Source: TPA_inf: Saccharomyces
Lineage: Eukaryota
DNA length: 64,000 nt
Reading direction: 5' to 3'
NCBI GenBank assembly: GCA_000146045.2
Contig: BK006939.2
Coordinates: 192,001-256,000, forward strand
Positions within the stretch are counted from its first letter, which is position 1. Each line of letters starts with the position of its first letter. Both the position numbers and the translations under genes were made by a program. Positions 1 to 10,191 of this stretch are shown here, one piece after another. Under the pieces are notes generated by a model. The model did no database searches, was not told the origin of the DNA, and saw nothing but the letters and a program-made list of their open reading frames with translations.

Positions 1-624
1 TGCCGCGAGGTCGCCCTGGACGGTAAGCACGTGCTCAAGTGTTGCCCGACTCTTGGGGTCCAGCGCCGGGTGAGAGTTTCCGATCACGTGGTCTCCGTGC
101 ATCGCGACTTCGATCCAGCAGCGTGAATCATCGCCGAATACGAAACGTACGTCATGCACATCGCTGGCTCCGGGTAGTACACGAAGCTGCAACAGCCGTT
201 CGTACAGTGCGACCTCTGCGGCATCGTTACCCGACTGCGCAGCCCAACGTGCGCGTAATTGGACACACTCTTTACCACGCTGTTGCAGCAGCGAGTCCAG
301 CTCGCGCGATTGGGCTGCTAAGGTCGACTGCCGTCTAGATAACTCAGATTCACGCTCGTGATAGCTTCTCCACTGCTCTCTGGTGGTATTTGTAGCTTGT
401 TGGGCCGCATGTATTTGTTGCTGCAGAGCGGTGCGCTGGGTGGCAAGCCGTTGCAGTTCATCTATGAGATGTTGGTGTTGGTTATGTAATTGACGCATTT
501 CCGCTTGGAACTGTTGCAGCTGTTGGCGCGCGTGGTTTTGCTGACGTGCCAGTACCTGGGCCACGTCCTTTTGGAACCCGTCCATCCGGCGCTCAAGGTC
601 CGAAAATGCGTCTATGCTGGCCAT
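1..624 (-). CDS. SPC25: SPC25 (YER018C) kinetochore Ndc80-complex subunit, N-terminal 208 codons; 3' end runs off the left window edge
   Basis: ATG at 624..622 on the minus strand. I translated all 208 codons to position 1 (MASIDAFSDLERRMDGFQKDVAQVLARQQ... coiled-coil, then ...VRFVFGDDSRCWIEVAMHGDHVIG RWD-like) with no stop. Not in the ORF track because no stop lies in the window. Matches the remembered Spc25 sequence and the gene order upstream of ISC1. Confidence 0.7.
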   Translation of the reverse strand, partial: MASIDAFSDLERRMDGFQKDVAQVLARQQNHARQQLQQFQAEMRQLHNQHQHLIDELQRLATQRTALQQQIHAAQQATNTTREQWRSYHERESELSRRQSTLAAQSRELDSLLQQRGKECVQLRARWAAQSGNDAAEVALYERLLQLRVLPGASDVHDVRFVFGDDSRCWIEVAMHGDHVIGNSHPALDPKSRATLEHVLTVQGDLAA

Positions 625-658
625 TCTTGTATGTGTGTATGTGTTGTATACGTATGAG

Positions 659-738
659 CGGTTTTAATTGAATCGGCTTAGCCTGTTTTTGTTTTTGTTT
701 TTGTTTTGTTTTGGTTTGGTTTGATTTATTTTGGTTTG
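659..738 (+). repeat. (GTTTT)n / (GTTTTT)n degenerate microsatellite in the SPC25-ISC1 divergent promoter
   Basis: gtttttgtttttgtttttgttttgttttggtttggtttgatttattttggtttgg. Confidence 0.8.
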
Positions 739-796
739 GCTTAAATCTTCGAGGAAATTTGCGCTTTCCGCGTAAAAAGGGAAAAAAAGCAGATAT

Positions 797-2230
797 ATGT
801 ACAACAGAAAAGACAGAGATGTTCACGAGAGGAAGGAAGATGGTCAATCTGAGTTTGAAGCACTGAACGGGACCAACGCAATTATGTCCGATAATAGTAA
901 AGCGTATTCCATAAAGTTTCTGACCTTCAATACATGGGGGTTAAAATACGTCTCCAAACACCGTAAAGAAAGACTCAGAGCAATTGCTGATAAATTGGCG
1001 GGCCACTCAATGCTTACGCCAATATCTGACGAGTTGTTGCCCAATGGTGGAGATAGTAATGAAAACGAAGATTACGACGTGATTGCCTTACAAGAAATCT
1101 GGTGTGTGGAAGACTGGAAGTATCTAGCTTCTGCGTGTGCCTCCAAGTATCCGTATCAGCGTTTGTTCCATTCTGGTATTCTGACGGGGCCTGGGTTGGC
1201 CATACTGTCCAAGGTCCCGATAGAGTCGACCTTTCTTTACCGGTTCCCGATAAACGGTAGACCGAGTGCGGTGTTCCGTGGCGACTGGTACGTAGGGAAA
1301 TCTATAGCAATCACCGTATTGAACACAGGAACCCGCCCCATTGCAATAATGAACAGTCACATGCACGCCCCATACGCCAAGCAGGGTGATGCCGCCTACT
1401 TGTGCCACAGATCTTGTCAGGCCTGGGATTTCAGCAGGCTCATTAAGCTTTACAGGCAGGCCGGTTATGCGGTGATTGTGGTGGGTGACTTAAACTCCAG
1501 ACCGGGCTCACTGCCCCACAAATTTCTCACGCAGGAGGCCGGCCTGGTCGACTCCTGGGAGCAATTGCATGGGAAGCAAGACTTGGCGGTGATCGCTCGT
1601 CTGTCTCCATTGCAACAATTGCTTAAGGGCTGTACCACGTGCGATTCGCTGCTCAACACATGGAGGGCCCAAAGACAACCCGATGAGGCATGCAGGTTGG
1701 ATTATGCTCTTATCGACCCTGATTTCTTGCAAACAGTAGACGCAGGTGTCAGGTTCACTGAACGGATCCCTCACCTGGACTGCAGTGTCTCTGACCATTT
1801 TGCATACTCATGCACCCTTAACATCGTCCCACAGGGCACAGAGTCCCGTCCATCCACCTCCGTTAAGCGTGCGAAGACTCATGATAGAGAGCTGATCTTG
1901 CAGAGATACTCCAACTACGAAACCATGATAGAATGCATCCACACGTACTTGAAGACAGCCCAAAGACAGAAATTTTTCCGTGGCCTACATTTCTGGGCCT
2001 CAATACTTCTCCTAATAGCGTCGTTGGTCGTGACAACGTTTACTGCAAACAAGGCAGGCTGGTCCTCCATCTTCTGGGTCCTTTTCGCTATTGCTGTCTC
2101 CATCTCGGGCACCATCGACGGTGCCATCTCCTTCTTGTTTGGCAGGTCTGAAATCAGAGCCCTCATCGAAGTCGAACAAGAGGTTCTGGACGCGGAGCAC
2201 CACCTGCAAACTTTCTTGAGCGAGAAATGA
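797..2230 (+). CDS. ISC1: Inositol phosphosphingolipid phospholipase C (Mg-dependent neutral sphingomyelinase family), 477 aa
   Basis: ATG-initiated 477-aa ORF with two C-terminal TM helices. Length and sequence match ISC1 (YER019W). Synteny. Confidence 0.93.
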   Translation: MYNRKDRDVHERKEDGQSEFEALNGTNAIMSDNSKAYSIKFLTFNTWGLKYVSKHRKERLRAIADKLAGHSMLTPISDELLPNGGDSNENEDYDVIALQEIWCVEDWKYLASACASKYPYQRLFHSGILTGPGLAILSKVPIESTFLYRFPINGRPSAVFRGDWYVGKSIAITVLNTGTRPIAIMNSHMHAPYAKQGDAAYLCHRSCQAWDFSRLIKLYRQAGYAVIVVGDLNSRPGSLPHKFLTQEAGLVDSWEQLHGKQDLAVIARLSPLQQLLKGCTTCDSLLNTWRAQRQPDEACRLDYALIDPDFLQTVDAGVRFTERIPHLDCSVSDHFAYSCTLNIVPQGTESRPSTSVKRAKTHDRELILQRYSNYETMIECIHTYLKTAQRQKFFRGLHFWASILLLIASLVVTTFTANKAGWSSIFWVLFAIAVSISGTIDGAISFLFGRSEIRALIEVEQEVLDAEHHLQTFLSEK

Positions 2231-2272
2231 TATTATCGATTTTCTTTAGCATATGTAAAAAAATTACTGATA

Positions 2273-2539
2273 TTATATAATGTGTGTAAATTTCGTCAAT
2301 AGATGCAAAGCAATCACGGAGAAGATGAAACCGACAGATAGGAACAATACGACAAGGGAGTCGACTCTGAATCCATTGGCTTCGTCCGTATATAACTTCA
2401 AAATTGAGCTTGAAGACCCACCGTAACCAGCCTGTCTGGTGGAAGTGGGCGTTTGTTTTGCTTGCTTTTCCTTAATGGATTGTGCCTGTCTTCTCTTCTG
2501 CAAGATACGCTGACCTCCTGGTGGAACTGAAGCTGCCAT
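2273..2539 (-). CDS. SBH2: Sec61-beta homolog (Ssh1 translocon beta subunit), 88 aa
   Basis: The track ORF 2273..2569 contains MAASVPPGGQRILQKRRQ...ILKLYTDEANGFRVDSLVVLFLSVGFIFSVIALHLL, the Sec61-beta signature with a C-terminal TM anchor. The first ATG (2539..2537) gives 88 aa, as for YER019C-A. Confidence 0.9.
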   Translation of the reverse strand: MAASVPPGGQRILQKRRQAQSIKEKQAKQTPTSTRQAGYGGSSSSILKLYTDEANGFRVDSLVVLFLSVGFIFSVIALHLLTKFTHII

Positions 2540-3167
2540 TCTTATGATACTGTTGATCGATAATACCACCTGTTTTATGCTTTGCGCCCCTTACCTTTTC
2601 TCACACGCACATATATCTACTCTCTCATACCTCTTATATCTAAAATGTCTCTTTTGGCCAGTTAGTAACTGAATGAAAAAGTGAAAATGGAGGAAAAAAA
2701 AAAAGACGAAATCCAAAAGGCTAAGGAAACGGGTAACCCGTGGTACCCGGGGCAGAATCAAACTTATAATTACTAAAGATATACCATATATTACGATCCC
2801 TGCGCCCGGCGTGCTCCACATTAAGTAAATGTCTGGAGTAAAATGAAGTCCGCCAATTCAGTCACAAAACATGACTACTGCCTCGTTCGCGATTTCTTCT
2901 TCCCTTACTTCATCATGTTCAAGCCCCCTCAGCTGCGCCCAAATGATTCTTCTTATCCTCTTGCATACTGCACCGAAAAAAAAAGTTAATAAGCAGCAGG
3001 ATTTATAGGCGCGTGCGTGCAGCCTTAGACTGAAGGGGTGGAAAAACTTTAGGTAGGTTTGGTTCTCACTACCCAAAGAGCAATCGATAGGTATAAAAGT
3101 GAGCAATTGCTATCACAGCGAGCCTTATTGTTACAGCACAAATCACGCGTATTTTCAAGCAAATATC

Positions 3168-4517
3168 ATGGGTCTCTGCGCATCTTCAGAAAAGAACGGC
3201 AGCACTCCTGACACGCAGACCGCCAGCGCTGGTAGTGACAACGTTGGCAAAGCGAAGGTACCACCAAAGCAGGAGCCACAGAAGACTGTGAGAACAGTCA
3301 ACACAGCAAATCAACAAGAAAAGCAACAACAGAGGCAGCAGCAGCCGTCTCCGCATAATGTTAAGGACCGCAAGGAGCAAAACGGGAGCATTAATAACGC
3401 GATATCTCCCACGGCTACGGCAAATACAAGCGGATCGCAACAGATCAATATCGACTCTGCCCTGAGAGACAGGTCGAGTAACGTTGCAGCACAACCATCA
3501 TTGTCGGACGCTTCAAGTGGCAGCAACGACAAAGAACTGAAAGTGCTACTGCTGGGTGCCGGTGAAAGTGGTAAGTCCACGGTATTGCAGCAGTTGAAGA
3601 TTTTACACCAGAACGGGTTTAGCGAGCAGGAAATTAAAGAGTACATCCCCTTGATCTATCAGAATCTATTGGAAATTGGCAGGAACCTCATCCAGGCGAG
3701 AACAAGGTTTAACGTCAACTTGGAACCGGAGTGTGAACTGACGCAACAAGACCTGTCGAGAACCATGTCCTATGAAATGCCCAATAACTACACGGGCCAA
3801 TTCCCGGAAGATATCGCGGGCGTAATATCTACGTTGTGGGCCTTGCCCTCAACACAAGATTTAGTCAATGGGCCTAACGCATCGAAGTTCTATCTAATGG
3901 ACTCGACTCCTTACTTCATGGAAAATTTCACCAGGATCACTTCGCCCAATTACAGACCCACCCAGCAGGACATATTAAGATCGAGACAGATGACGTCAGG
4001 GATTTTTGACACCGTCATTGATATGGGGTCGGATATCAAGATGCATATTTACGACGTGGGTGGACAGCGTTCCGAAAGAAAAAAATGGATACACTGCTTC
4101 GACAATGTCACTCTGGTCATATTTTGCGTTTCTCTATCGGAGTACGACCAGACGCTGATGGAGGACAAGAACCAGAACAGGTTTCAGGAATCGCTGGTGC
4201 TTTTCGATAATATTGTCAACAGTAGATGGTTCGCGCGCACGTCTGTCGTACTCTTTCTGAATAAAATCGACCTTTTTGCTGAAAAACTAAGCAAAGTGCC
4301 TATGGAAAATTACTTCCCAGACTACACCGGCGGGTCAGACATCAACAAGGCTGCTAAGTACATACTCTGGAGGTTTGTTCAGTTAAACAGGGCGAATCTA
4401 AGCATATATCCTCACGTGACACAGGCCACAGACACGTCGAATATAAGATTAGTATTTGCCGCCATCAAAGAAACAATTTTGGAAAATACATTGAAAGACT
4501 CTGGAGTGTTACAATGA
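3168..4517 (+). CDS. GPA2: Heterotrimeric G-protein alpha subunit (cAMP/glucose signalling), 449 aa
   Basis: The track ORF starts at GTG 3099. The true start is ATG 3168 (MGLCASS, N-myristoylation/palmitoylation motif). G-alpha boxes GAGESGKST, DVGGQR, NKID. 449 aa. Confidence 0.95.
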   Translation: MGLCASSEKNGSTPDTQTASAGSDNVGKAKVPPKQEPQKTVRTVNTANQQEKQQQRQQQPSPHNVKDRKEQNGSINNAISPTATANTSGSQQINIDSALRDRSSNVAAQPSLSDASSGSNDKELKVLLLGAGESGKSTVLQQLKILHQNGFSEQEIKEYIPLIYQNLLEIGRNLIQARTRFNVNLEPECELTQQDLSRTMSYEMPNNYTGQFPEDIAGVISTLWALPSTQDLVNGPNASKFYLMDSTPYFMENFTRITSPNYRPTQQDILRSRQMTSGIFDTVIDMGSDIKMHIYDVGGQRSERKKWIHCFDNVTLVIFCVSLSEYDQTLMEDKNQNRFQESLVLFDNIVNSRWFARTSVVLFLNKIDLFAEKLSKVPMENYFPDYTGGSDINKAAKYILWRFVQLNRANLSIYPHVTQATDTSNIRLVFAAIKETILENTLKDSGVLQ

Positions 4518-4947
4518 ATGCACAGCTAAAACAGAGACAAAACTGCATGCCTCTTCTCCCCTTTATTATCACCTTTAAAAAAGATAAAAAAAGAAACTGG
4601 AAAAAAGGTAAAAAAAAAAAAAAAATTAAATAAATACGAATACGTTTTCTCATGACCATTGTACTAGTAATCACAACCATGATACTTGAATAACTTTTCT
4701 GTTTTGTGCTGTATTAAGCACAACCGTTATTTTTTAATTTATAGCGTTATACCACTATATTATTGTAGTCATTATAGTTATTATCCCGGGTAACAAAAAT
4801 TTCATTCCAACGAGGTAATAGTTCCACTTTTCAGGCAGGAGGACGAAAAACATTTGCCACCCAAGAAAGAGACAAAGCAGTAGGTAAGGCATTCATCACA
4901 CAATTTGAAAGGGGGTATAGTAAAAAAAATTCAATTGAGCAAATAGA

Positions 4948-6519
4948 ATGGCTAGCACTGCAGTAATGATGGACGTGGATTCTTCCGGGGTCAATGACTT
5001 GCACCATTCTGAGAAGAAATATGCGGAAGAAGATCAGGTTCAGGAACTATTGAAAGTTTTGAATGAGATCTCCAAGACCACTTTAACGCTGGACCCAAGA
5101 TATATATGGAGGAGTTTAAAGGACTTGAGCTCTTTAAGGAACCAGGAGCTTTTGAATGCGGAAACTTTATGTTTCACAGTGAATGTGCTGTACCCTGATT
5201 CTTCTTCATTCAAGAAGAATCTGCTGAAGTTCATTACTTCTAACCATAAATCGTCCGTACCGGGGTCAGCTGAGCTTAGAAACTCATATCCAGCCTCTTT
5301 TTATTCCGTAAACACTGAGAAAAAGACCATTGAAGTGACAGCTGAAATTAATTGCTTCATGCATCTACTAGTCCAGTTGTTTTTATGGGACAGTAAAGAA
5401 TTAGAACAATTGGTAGAGTTTAATAGGAAGGTTGTTATCCCAAATTTATTGTGTTATTACAATTTGCGTTCCTTGAATTTAATCAACGCTAAGTTATGGT
5501 TCTACATCTACTTGAGTCATGAAACGTTAGCGCGCAGCTCCGAGGAGATTAACAGCGACAACCAAAATATAATCTTAAGGTCCACGATGATGAAGTTTTT
5601 GAAAATCGCTTCCCTGAAGCACGACAACGAAACCAAAGCCATGCTGATTAACTTGATCTTGAGAGATTTTTTGAATAATGGCGAGGTTGATAGCGCGTCT
5701 GATTTCATTTCTAAACTAGAATATCCTCACACAGACGTTTCCAGTTCATTGGAGGCAAGATATTTCTTCTATTTATCGAAAATTAACGCCATTCAACTGG
5801 ATTATTCCACTGCGAACGAGTACATTATTGCAGCCATAAGAAAAGCCCCACATAATTCCAAGAGTTTAGGGTTCTTACAGCAATCAAACAAACTGCATTG
5901 TTGTATTCAATTACTCATGGGTGATATTCCAGAATTATCATTTTTCCATCAATCAAATATGCAGAAATCTCTCCTTCCTTATTACCATTTGACCAAAGCC
6001 GTTAAATTAGGTGACTTGAAAAAATTCACATCTACAATCACAAAGTATAAGCAGTTGCTATTGAAGGATGACACCTATCAACTCTGTGTTAGATTAAGAT
6101 CTAATGTTATCAAGACAGGTATCAGGATCATCTCCTTAACGTATAAAAAAATTTCATTAAGAGATATTTGTTTGAAACTGAATTTGGATTCGGAGCAAAC
6201 TGTAGAATACATGGTTTCAAGGGCTATTAGAGATGGTGTTATTGAAGCCAAGATTAATCACGAGGATGGCTTTATCGAAACCACAGAATTACTAAACATT
6301 TATGATAGTGAAGATCCTCAGCAAGTATTTGATGAAAGAATCAAATTTGCCAACCAATTACATGATGAATACCTTGTTTCAATGAGGTACCCTGAGGATA
6401 AAAAGACTCAACAAAATGAGAAAAGTGAAAATGGTGAAAATGATGATGATACGCTAGATGGTGATTTGATGGATGACATGTCTGATATCTCGGATCTCGA
6501 CGATTTGGGATTCTTATAA
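4948..6519 (+). CDS. RPN3: 26S proteasome regulatory lid subunit (PCI domain), 523 aa
   Basis: 523-aa ORF with a PCI domain and an acidic C-terminus. Matches RPN3 (YER021W). Confidence 0.93.
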   Translation: MASTAVMMDVDSSGVNDLHHSEKKYAEEDQVQELLKVLNEISKTTLTLDPRYIWRSLKDLSSLRNQELLNAETLCFTVNVLYPDSSSFKKNLLKFITSNHKSSVPGSAELRNSYPASFYSVNTEKKTIEVTAEINCFMHLLVQLFLWDSKELEQLVEFNRKVVIPNLLCYYNLRSLNLINAKLWFYIYLSHETLARSSEEINSDNQNIILRSTMMKFLKIASLKHDNETKAMLINLILRDFLNNGEVDSASDFISKLEYPHTDVSSSLEARYFFYLSKINAIQLDYSTANEYIIAAIRKAPHNSKSLGFLQQSNKLHCCIQLLMGDIPELSFFHQSNMQKSLLPYYHLTKAVKLGDLKKFTSTITKYKQLLLKDDTYQLCVRLRSNVIKTGIRIISLTYKKISLRDICLKLNLDSEQTVEYMVSRAIRDGVIEAKINHEDGFIETTELLNIYDSEDPQQVFDERIKFANQLHDEYLVSMRYPEDKKTQQNEKSENGENDDDTLDGDLMDDMSDISDLDDLGFL

Positions 6520-6811
6520 GGGCGCATAAAAAATAAATAACTACCATTCATAACAGAAATTCATTCGTATATACATAAAGTTCTCATAAACGTATATATA
6601 TATATATATATATACTTATTGATATCAAAGTGTGTTACTTTCTACATTCATAGACGGGGAAGAAAAGTGAGGAAAAGTTGTTTTCTCTTGTGCACTGCAG
6701 CCCTTTGAAAAAGTAGAACTGCAGAAAAAATAACTGAACGTAAAGCATTATTTACTTTTCAAAGGCAAAAGAGATAGAGCCAAAAAAATTGTAAGCAGCT
6801 TAAAAGCCATA

Positions 6812-8875
6812 ATGACAACGGAAGATCCAGATTCAAATCACTTAAGTTCCGAAACTGGCATTAAATTGGCATTGGACCCGAACTTAATTACATTGGCACT
6901 AAGTTCTAATCCAAACTCTAGCCTTCATTCACCAACGTCTGATGAACCCGTACCTGAATCTGCAGGAAAAGCAGATACTAGTATTCGACTAGAAGGTGAT
7001 GAGTTAGAGAATAAAACTAAGAAAGACAATGATAAGAACTTAAAATTTTTGAAGAATAAAGATTCTCTAGTCAGTAATCCACACGAAATTTATGGCTCCA
7101 TGCCGTTGGAGCAATTGATCCCAATCATCTTAAGACAGCGTGGTCCAGGCTTTAAATTCGTTGATTTAAATGAAAAAGAATTGCAAAATGAGATTAAGCA
7201 GCTTGGTAGTGATAGTAGTGACGGTCATAACAGCGAGAAGAAGGACACTGATGGCGCTGATGAGAATGTACAAATTGGAGAAGATTTCATGGAAGTGGAT
7301 TATGAAGATAAAGATAATCCAGTGGATTCACGAAATGAAACAGACCACAAAACGAATGAAAATGGCGAGACCGATGATAATATTGAAACGGTAATGACAC
7401 AGGAACAGTTTGTTAAAAGAAGGAGGGATATGCTAGAGCATATAAATCTGGCCATGAACGAATCGTCTTTGGCTTTGGAATTCGTTTCTTTGCTACTGTC
7501 GAGTGTTAAAGAGTCTACAGGTATGTCATCAATGTCACCATTTCTTAGGAAAGTTGTTAAACCTTCTAGTTTAAACAGTGATAAAATTCCATATGTTGCA
7601 CCTACAAAAAAAGAATATATCGAGTTGGATATATTGAATAAGGGATGGAAGTTACAAAGTTTAAACGAATCTAAAGATCTCCTACGCGCAAGTTTTAATA
7701 AACTGAGTTCCATATTACAGAACGAACATGACTATTGGAATAAGATAATGCAGAGTATTAGCAACAAGGATGTTATTTTTAAGATTAGGGACAGGACTAG
7801 TGGTCAAAAGCTGTTGGCAATTAAGTATGGTTACGAAGACTCTGGATCTACCTATAAGCATGACAGAGGTATTGCTAATATAAGGAATAATATAGAATCA
7901 CAAAATTTGGATTTGATACCCCACAGTAGTTCAGTGTTCAAAGGCACTGATTTCGTACATTCAGTAAAGAAATTCTTAAGGGTTCGTATCTTCACAAAAA
8001 TCGAATCAGAAGATGATTACATATTGAGTGGCGAAAGTGTGATGGATAGGGATAGTGAAAGTGAAGAAGCTGAAACGAAAGATATCAGAAAGCAAATCCA
8101 ACTTTTGAAAAAGATCATTTTTGAAAAAGAACTGATGTACCAAATAAAGAAAGAATGCGCTTTGTTGATTTCCTATGGTGTCAGTATTGAAAACGAAAAC
8201 AAGGTAATAATTGAACTACCTAACGAAAAATTTGAAATCGAGTTGTTGTCCCTTGACGATGACTCCATTGTCAATCATGAACAAGACTTACCAAAAATCA
8301 ACGACAAGAGAGCAAATTTAATGCTTGTTATGTTGAGACTATTATTAGTCGTTATATTCAAGAAAACATTACGATCGAGAATAAGCTCACCCCACGGACT
8401 GATCAATTTGAATGTTGACGATGATATCTTAATAATACGTCCCATTCTTGGTAAAGTTCGGTTTGCTAATTACAAACTGTTACTAAAAAAAATCATAAAG
8501 GATTACGTGCTCGATATAGTTCCTGGCTCAAGTATAACAGAAACGGAAGTTGAGAGAGAACAACCTCAAGAAAATAAAAACATTGATGATGAAAATATAA
8601 CTAAATTAAATAAAGAGATCCGTGCCTTCGATAAACTATTGAATATACCTAGACGTGAACTCAAAATAAATCTACCATTAACTGAGCACAAAAGCCCTAA
8701 TCTAAGTTTAATGCTCGAAAGTCCTAACTATTGTAACGCACTCATTCACATCAAGTTTTCAGCTGGTACGGAAGCCAACGCAGTGTCCTTTGACACAACA
8801 TTTTCTGATTTTAAAGAAGTAGAGGACTTCCTACATTTTATTGTCGCTGAGTACATCCAGCAAAAGAAGGTGTAA
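6812..8875 (+). CDS. SRB4: Mediator head subunit Med17, 687 aa
   Basis: 687-aa ORF. Sequence and length match SRB4/MED17 (YER022W). Confidence 0.92.
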   Translation: MTTEDPDSNHLSSETGIKLALDPNLITLALSSNPNSSLHSPTSDEPVPESAGKADTSIRLEGDELENKTKKDNDKNLKFLKNKDSLVSNPHEIYGSMPLEQLIPIILRQRGPGFKFVDLNEKELQNEIKQLGSDSSDGHNSEKKDTDGADENVQIGEDFMEVDYEDKDNPVDSRNETDHKTNENGETDDNIETVMTQEQFVKRRRDMLEHINLAMNESSLALEFVSLLLSSVKESTGMSSMSPFLRKVVKPSSLNSDKIPYVAPTKKEYIELDILNKGWKLQSLNESKDLLRASFNKLSSILQNEHDYWNKIMQSISNKDVIFKIRDRTSGQKLLAIKYGYEDSGSTYKHDRGIANIRNNIESQNLDLIPHSSSVFKGTDFVHSVKKFLRVRIFTKIESEDDYILSGESVMDRDSESEEAETKDIRKQIQLLKKIIFEKELMYQIKKECALLISYGVSIENENKVIIELPNEKFEIELLSLDDDSIVNHEQDLPKINDKRANLMLVMLRLLLVVIFKKTLRSRISSPHGLINLNVDDDILIIRPILGKVRFANYKLLLKKIIKDYVLDIVPGSSITETEVEREQPQENKNIDDENITKLNKEIRAFDKLLNIPRRELKINLPLTEHKSPNLSLMLESPNYCNALIHIKFSAGTEANAVSFDTTFSDFKEVEDFLHFIVAEYIQQKKV

Positions 8876-9075
8876 TATCCTGAGTCACTCCTTAAACCTA
8901 CATACATTGCCATAGAATGCCATTTATTACTATATAAAGTCGCATACGTACAAAAGGACAAGATCTTATCTTCGAAAACAAGAATATGAAGGATTTAATA
9001 ACATTGCCAGGTTAAGAACGGTGTAACAACAATAGAAGTAACACAACACCAATAGCAAACAAACCAACTACAGAT

Positions 9076-9936
9076 ATGACTTACACATTGGCAATTTTAG
9101 GCTGCGGTGTTATGGGCCAAGCACTTCTTTCCGCCATTTATAATGCTCCAAAGGCGGCTGATGAAACTGCTGCTGCATTTTACCCTTCCAAAATTATCAC
9201 ATGTAACCATGATGAACCTAGTGCACAACAAGTTACCGATCTAGTTGAGACATTCGACGAATCTCCTAACGGTATTAAAGTCGAAAGCACTTACGGTCAC
9301 AACGTGAGCGCTGTCGAAGAAGCTTCTGTAGTTCTTCTTGGTACCAAGCCATTTTTGGCCGAAGAAGTGTTGAATGGTGTGAAGAGCGTCATTGGGGGAA
9401 AGCTACTTATTTCCCTGGCTGCTGGCTGGACAATTGACCAATTGAGTCAATACACTAGCACTGTTTGCCGTGTTATGACGAACACACCTGCCAAGTACGG
9501 ATATGGTTGTGCGGTGGTGTCCTACTCAGCTGATGTTTCCAAAGAGCAAAAGCCACTGGTCAACGAATTGATTAGCCAAGTTGGTAAATACGTTGAGCTT
9601 CCAGAAAAGAACATGGATGCTGCTACGGCTTTAGTCGGTTCAGGCCCCGCTTTTGTTCTCTTGATGTTAGAATCCTTGATGGAGAGTGGGTTGAAATTGG
9701 GAATCCCATTACAAGAGAGTAAGGAGTGTGCCATGAAAGTTCTAGAAGGAACAGTGAAGATGGTTGAGAAAAGCGGTGCTCATCCATCCGTTTTAAAGCA
9801 TCAAGTTTGCACACCAGGTGGTACAACTATTGCCGGGTTGTGCGTAATGGAAGAAAAGGGCGTCAAGAGCGGTATTATCAATGGTGTTGAAGAGGCAGCC
9901 CGTGTTGCGTCACAATTAGGCCAAAAGAAGAAATAG
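9076..9936 (+). CDS. PRO3: Delta-1-pyrroline-5-carboxylate reductase, 286 aa
   Basis: N-terminal Rossmann motif [12 protein letters not shown] and P5CR family conservation. 286 aa. Confidence 0.95.
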
Positions 9937-10191
9937 ATTGCTTTGCGTGAAATGTATGTATGTTCGCTTTGTAGCCGTATATTATTTTTTTATTACTGAC
10001 CTTGCATTTTTTCGTCATTTTCCCGTCGGTCCGATAATGAATCATCACGATGAATGACTACCCCATAATAATGACACTAATTGGAGCGTATAAAAGAAAA
10101 AAATTATATAAATGTGTTTGTAATGAGTAAGAGCAATTGATTCATTTGAAATGAAAATCAAAAATCAAAATTAAAATAAAACTAAGCAACC

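Noticed and set aside
3099-3167. N-terminal extensions in the ORF track for GPA2 (3099), CHZ1 (21332), ARB1 (33214), KRE29 (36261), HVG1 (37259), MEI4 (47590), SAP1 (54527), ISD11 (58646) and SBH2 (2569)
   Set aside because: The first codons are GTG/TTG (checked base by base) or lie upstream of the conserved N-terminus. The track evidently allows non-ATG starts, so I trimmed these to the first ATG that gives the known protein length.
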